DNA of 52,782 bases, the filler included, from Catajapyx aquilonaris (Eukaryota), in NCBI GenBank assembly GCA_000934665.2. It is 3 parts of 3 records of this genome, joined end to end, with 100 filler letters (N's around TTAATTAATTAA, not from the genome) between each part and the next. Parts side by side here need not be neighbours in the genome. Positions count along the whole stretch, not along the records: positions 35,356 to 52,782 come from JYFJ02006948.1; 2 more parts are not named here. One strand, 5' to 3'. Shown here piece by piece: positions 49,114 through 52,782 of the stretch (position 1 is its first letter; the number at the start of each line of letters is the position of its first letter). Made by a program: the position numbers and the translations under genes. The notes below the pieces were generated by a model, which saw only the letters and a program-made list of their open reading frames with translations, had not been told where the DNA came from and ran no database searches.

Positions 49114-52100
49114 ATGATGGAGTCTGCGCCGGAATTGAGCTGGGCTGCTCCTAGTACACCAGGTAATTTGTCTCGCAATCAAATGGACAGAAATGGATTT
49201 CGGTGTGTTCTTTTCCTTCCAAAATTTCGCAGCTGTGGCAGGCAATAGTCAGGATATCAAGAAGAGAATGGAAGAAAGGGTGAAGAGACGTTACGGGGAG
49301 GATGAAGTGAAGGAGATCAGGCGTCTCAAAGCTGAGTAAGTCAATGAAGGACCCGAAATAATTATATCTGGCCAGACTCGCTCCTGTATGTATATTTGCG
49401 AGCTGGTTGAGGTCCCCCTAAAGGGCCCATAACGGGGTAAAATAAAAATAAAAATAAATATCTGGCCAGACTACGCATCATTAGTTTCGAATGGCACTTT
49501 ATTGTAGCCCAGGACCAAGGGAGCATATGCTACATAAGAGGCGCAAACATTCGATTTCCGCGTATCTCTGTTTGGAGCGTTGCCATGGCTGGCGGCCATT
49601 TTGAAGTGGGGGCAACGCCAAACGAGGTATAAATAGGGTACAGGCAAAAATAGGGTCCGCCATCTTTGATTCGCGCGTTTTCTTGTCGTGTAGTTGCCAT
49701 GGCCACCAAAACCATCAAAGATGGCGGACCCTATTGTTGCCTGTACCTTATTTATACCTCGTTGGCGTTCCCCACGCTTCAAAATGGCCGCCAGCCTTGG
49801 CAACGGCCCCAAACAGAGAGACGCGAACATCAAAGGCGCTGACAGAAGTTTGCGCCTCTTATGTATAGTATATGCTCCCTGACAGGACATCAACTGTCCA
49901 AAACTACTGGCTGATGAGCCATCATGCCTTTTAATCACATTTTCCAGGAAACTGAAAAATGAGTCCAGGATGCTGGAAATTGACAGTGAAATCAAGGAGT
50001 GCCTGCAATCCAACAAGGCTGATTGCAGCCGATGCATTGAGCTGCTTGATGAGCTCATGCAACTACCCGTGTCCCCCCTCATGCTGAAGAAGAACCCTGA
50101 AGTAGTGGACACTATCAGAAAGGCAAGAAAATCATATTATTTTGTCTCAGATAATTATTATCATTAATTTATTGGTGCTTTTTGGATTTGCAGCTGAGGC
50201 TTTATTTTGGAAATTTGGAGAGATGGACCATGACTGATGAGGAAAAGGTAAGTGCTAGGACATGTTGCACAAGGTACATGGTTTCATGCCCAATACATTT
50301 TGACTGTTTCCTGCAGGAAGAATTCAAGAAACAGGCTGAGATCATTCGACAGAAGGGAGATGCCAATTACTGCTGGTTCAAGGTATATCTGAGAGTATTT
50401 TGACTATTGGCCGGTTTCACCAACCCCGGTTTTCATAAAAACTCCTGTTCTTTCGGAAAATCCCTGCAAACAGAATAGGGATTTTCCAAAAGAACCTGGT
50501 TTTTAAAATCAAAACTGGGCATGGTGAAACCGGCCCTATGATTGCATTTTTTGCTTCTCTATTGGTGTGAGGGGGGAGGCAAAAACATGGAAAAATTACA
50601 CTGCCAATATTGAAACGGAGTGAACTGTGAGCCAGGGTAAAAAAATTCTACCCTGGCACGAAGGGCAAGAAAAAGAAATGTACAGCCCATTAGGTCAGGT
50701 CACTCATAATATACAATAATGACACTGTTCGATAAGTGCAAATTTTCTCGGGTTATGATATGTGCTTCAATAACTATTTTCACCGCTGAATCCAAATCTG
50801 TAATTGTGCTGTCAGGCACAGTTTTTGAGATAAATCATTTTAAAGTTTGGAACGGTTTACTAGGGGTCTTTCCGAATCAAGTGGGCCTAAATGTTGCTAG
50901 ACCCCGTCTCGGATCTTGGTGAAAATAATCGCAGATGTTCTCAACATACTATTCCTTAATGATTCTTACTATAAAGTTTCAGCCACATTGCGAAATACTG
51001 CGATGAGGGAGAAAAATCGCAAAAATCTGGAAATGGCTGAAAATGAGGTCTTTTTTGGAGATTTTTTTTTTTCGGTTGGTGCAAGTGGTCAAATTTCAAA
51101 GAACATAATATATATCAAAGGAAAGAGAAACACCAGGAAAATTCGACTATGTAATTAGTTTTCCTCTAAAATGTAAAAACAAATTTTTATAGCATTTCAT
51201 TGGTCACTATTATTGCTTTTTTTGCTCTTTCTGAAGATGTGAATAGTGATTCTTATAGTACTTTTCTCCCTGATTCCAAATATGCTGCACTTAGAATTGG
51301 GCTGTCAGGCACAGTTTTCGAGATATACTGCAGTGCATTGACCAATATAGGCCCACTATATATAATACTATAATAGTAAATGGAGTACATCTCGAAAACT
51401 GTGCCTGATTCTAAGTGCATATTTGGAATCAGGGGGAAGAGTACTATAAGAATCACTATTCACATTGTCAGAAAGAGCAAAAAGGTTTTTTTTTTTGAAG
51501 AGGAGTGAAATTAATGGTATATCTGCAAATCTATATCTATTATTTTCTCGGGATCCATGCATGACCCATGCCGTCAGAACTAGTGTCACCAAATATGAAT
51601 GATGTACCACAAATGCATCACTATAATAATTGCTGAGGTGACAATTCTTGGGCATGTGACTGAGCAAGTGACCTATGAAATGCTATAAAAATCTATTTTT
51701 ACATTTTAGAGAAAAACTAATTCCATATATAGGCGAATTTCCCTCGTGTTTCTCTTTCTTTTGATCCACTATAATATGTTCATTGGGTTTTGGCCACTTG
51801 CACTAACCGAAGAAAAAAAATCTCCTAAACGGCCTCATTTTCAGCCATTTCCAGATTTTTGCGATTTCTTTCCTCGTCATGGTATTTCGCAATATGGCTG
51901 AAACCAAGGCTGAAACTTTATTAGAATAGCATTACGGAATAGTTGAGTTGGCTACATCTGATTATTTTCACCAAGATCCGAGACGGTCCAGCAACATTTA
52001 AGCCCACTTGATTCGGAAAGACCTCTATAGTAAACCGTTCCAAACTTTAAAACGATATATCTCAAAAACTGTGGCTGACAGAAGCTTATTTCTGAGAAGA

Positions 52101-52433
52101 TATTAGGATTCAGACCAGAAATTACAGTAAGAATCACTATTCACATCAGCAGAAAATAGAAAAAAAGTATTATTTTGTAGAACAGTGTGTAATTGCCGTA
52201 AATCCTCCAAGAGTGTCTAGGAGCATATGGCACATACAAGTAATACTTAACTATATGTACAACTTTGCCTGCAGGAAATGTTTGTGGTTCCTGATGGGAT
52301 GGAGTTTGAAGAAGTGTTTGCCTCCCATGTAGAGCGACTGAAGGCCATGACTGAAGGAATGTCTGAAATGACGTTTCATTGTTTGGTTGATGACCTGATT
52401 GAACCGTGGATCACTAAACTGCAGCAGCAATGA
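49114..52433 (+). CDS. LEDGF/p75 integrase-binding-domain protein (JASPer/HDGFL2-like) lacking PWWP, ~201 aa
   Basis: Exons 49114-49162, 49233-49335, 49948-50122 (GC donor), 50194-50247, 50317-50382, 52275-52433 in phase; LEIDSEIKECLQSNKADCSRCIELLDELMQLPVSPLMLKKNPEVVDTIRKLRLYFGN...IIRQKGDANYCWFKEMF. Confidence 0.82.
49379..49457 (+). mobile_element. 5'-truncated non-LTR retroelement 3' end
   Basis: 15-bp TSD ATATCTGGCCAGACT at 49364-49378 and 49458-49472; (AAAAT)n tail. Confidence 0.7.
49516..49881. mobile_element. Palindromic MITE family B copy 2 (P- or hAT-like ends)
   Basis: CAAGGGAGCATAT...ATATGCTCCCTG; flanks cCAGGAC and aCAGGAC. Confidence 0.8.
50409..50535. mobile_element. PIF/Harbinger-like MITE
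   Basis: GGCCGGTTTCACCA...TGGTGAAACCGGCC termini. Confidence 0.6.
50723..52187. mobile_element. Large foldback element with CACTGTTC termini (superfamily uncertain, Chapaev/Transib-like ends) in an intron of the IBD gene
   Basis: ~50810-51210 is inverted relative to ~51670-52080; internal hairpin ~51217-51490; ends CACTGTTC...GAACAGTG. Confidence 0.65.
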
Positions 52434-52782
52434 GTAGATGATCTGCTGAGTGCCGAAACTTCACATCTCTCTCCACACATTTGAATGGCATATAACCTTG
52501 TGAATTAGAACAAAGAATCCAATCATTTTGTCATGTCCAATATTTCATCATGTTAAAATTATTTGACAGCTTTTTCAGTGATCATGTGCCACTTATCCTC
52601 CCCTAGTATCACTGTTAAGGGTTATAATGTGTATGTTGTTGACGTGTGCCAATTTTAGTTAACCTTATTTGAATTTATTTATTTCACTAGGAAAACCCTC
52701 GCTCCGCTCGTCTTTTCCTAGGGCGCAGTCCTAGAAAACCACTCGCTTCGCTCGCTGTTTTCTAGGCCTGCGGCCTGCGGTG

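Noticed and set aside
52687..52782. CTCGCTTCGCTCG hairpins suggestive of a Helitron/Helentron end
   Set aside because: Truncated by the window edge, so termini cannot be verified

Overview
Eukaryotic (animal, most likely arthropod) genomic DNA with short 55-90 nt introns and dense non-autonomous DNA transposons. Two 100-nt N-TTAATTAATTAA-N linkers split it into three segments (1-17451, 17552-35255, 35356-52782) whose adjacency should not be assumed. Segment 1 holds a phospholipid scramblase with three duplicated alternative C-terminal exons, and its introns carry MITEs plus an Hsmar1-like mariner relic with a tRNA-derived SINE inside. Segment 2 holds two tandem orphan paralogues flanking a divergent nuclear-receptor-type zinc-finger gene with no ligand-binding domain (visible only after splicing), a mitochondrial 2-oxoglutarate/malate carrier, and a Transib relic with RSS-like ends. 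Segment 3 holds an LRR gene with a BC-box, an SLC7 amino-acid transporter, an eIF2-alpha-kinase-like pseudogene, a LEDGF integrase-binding-domain gene lacking PWWP, and several large foldback elements. All gene models were spliced and translated by eye; no database search or expression data were used.
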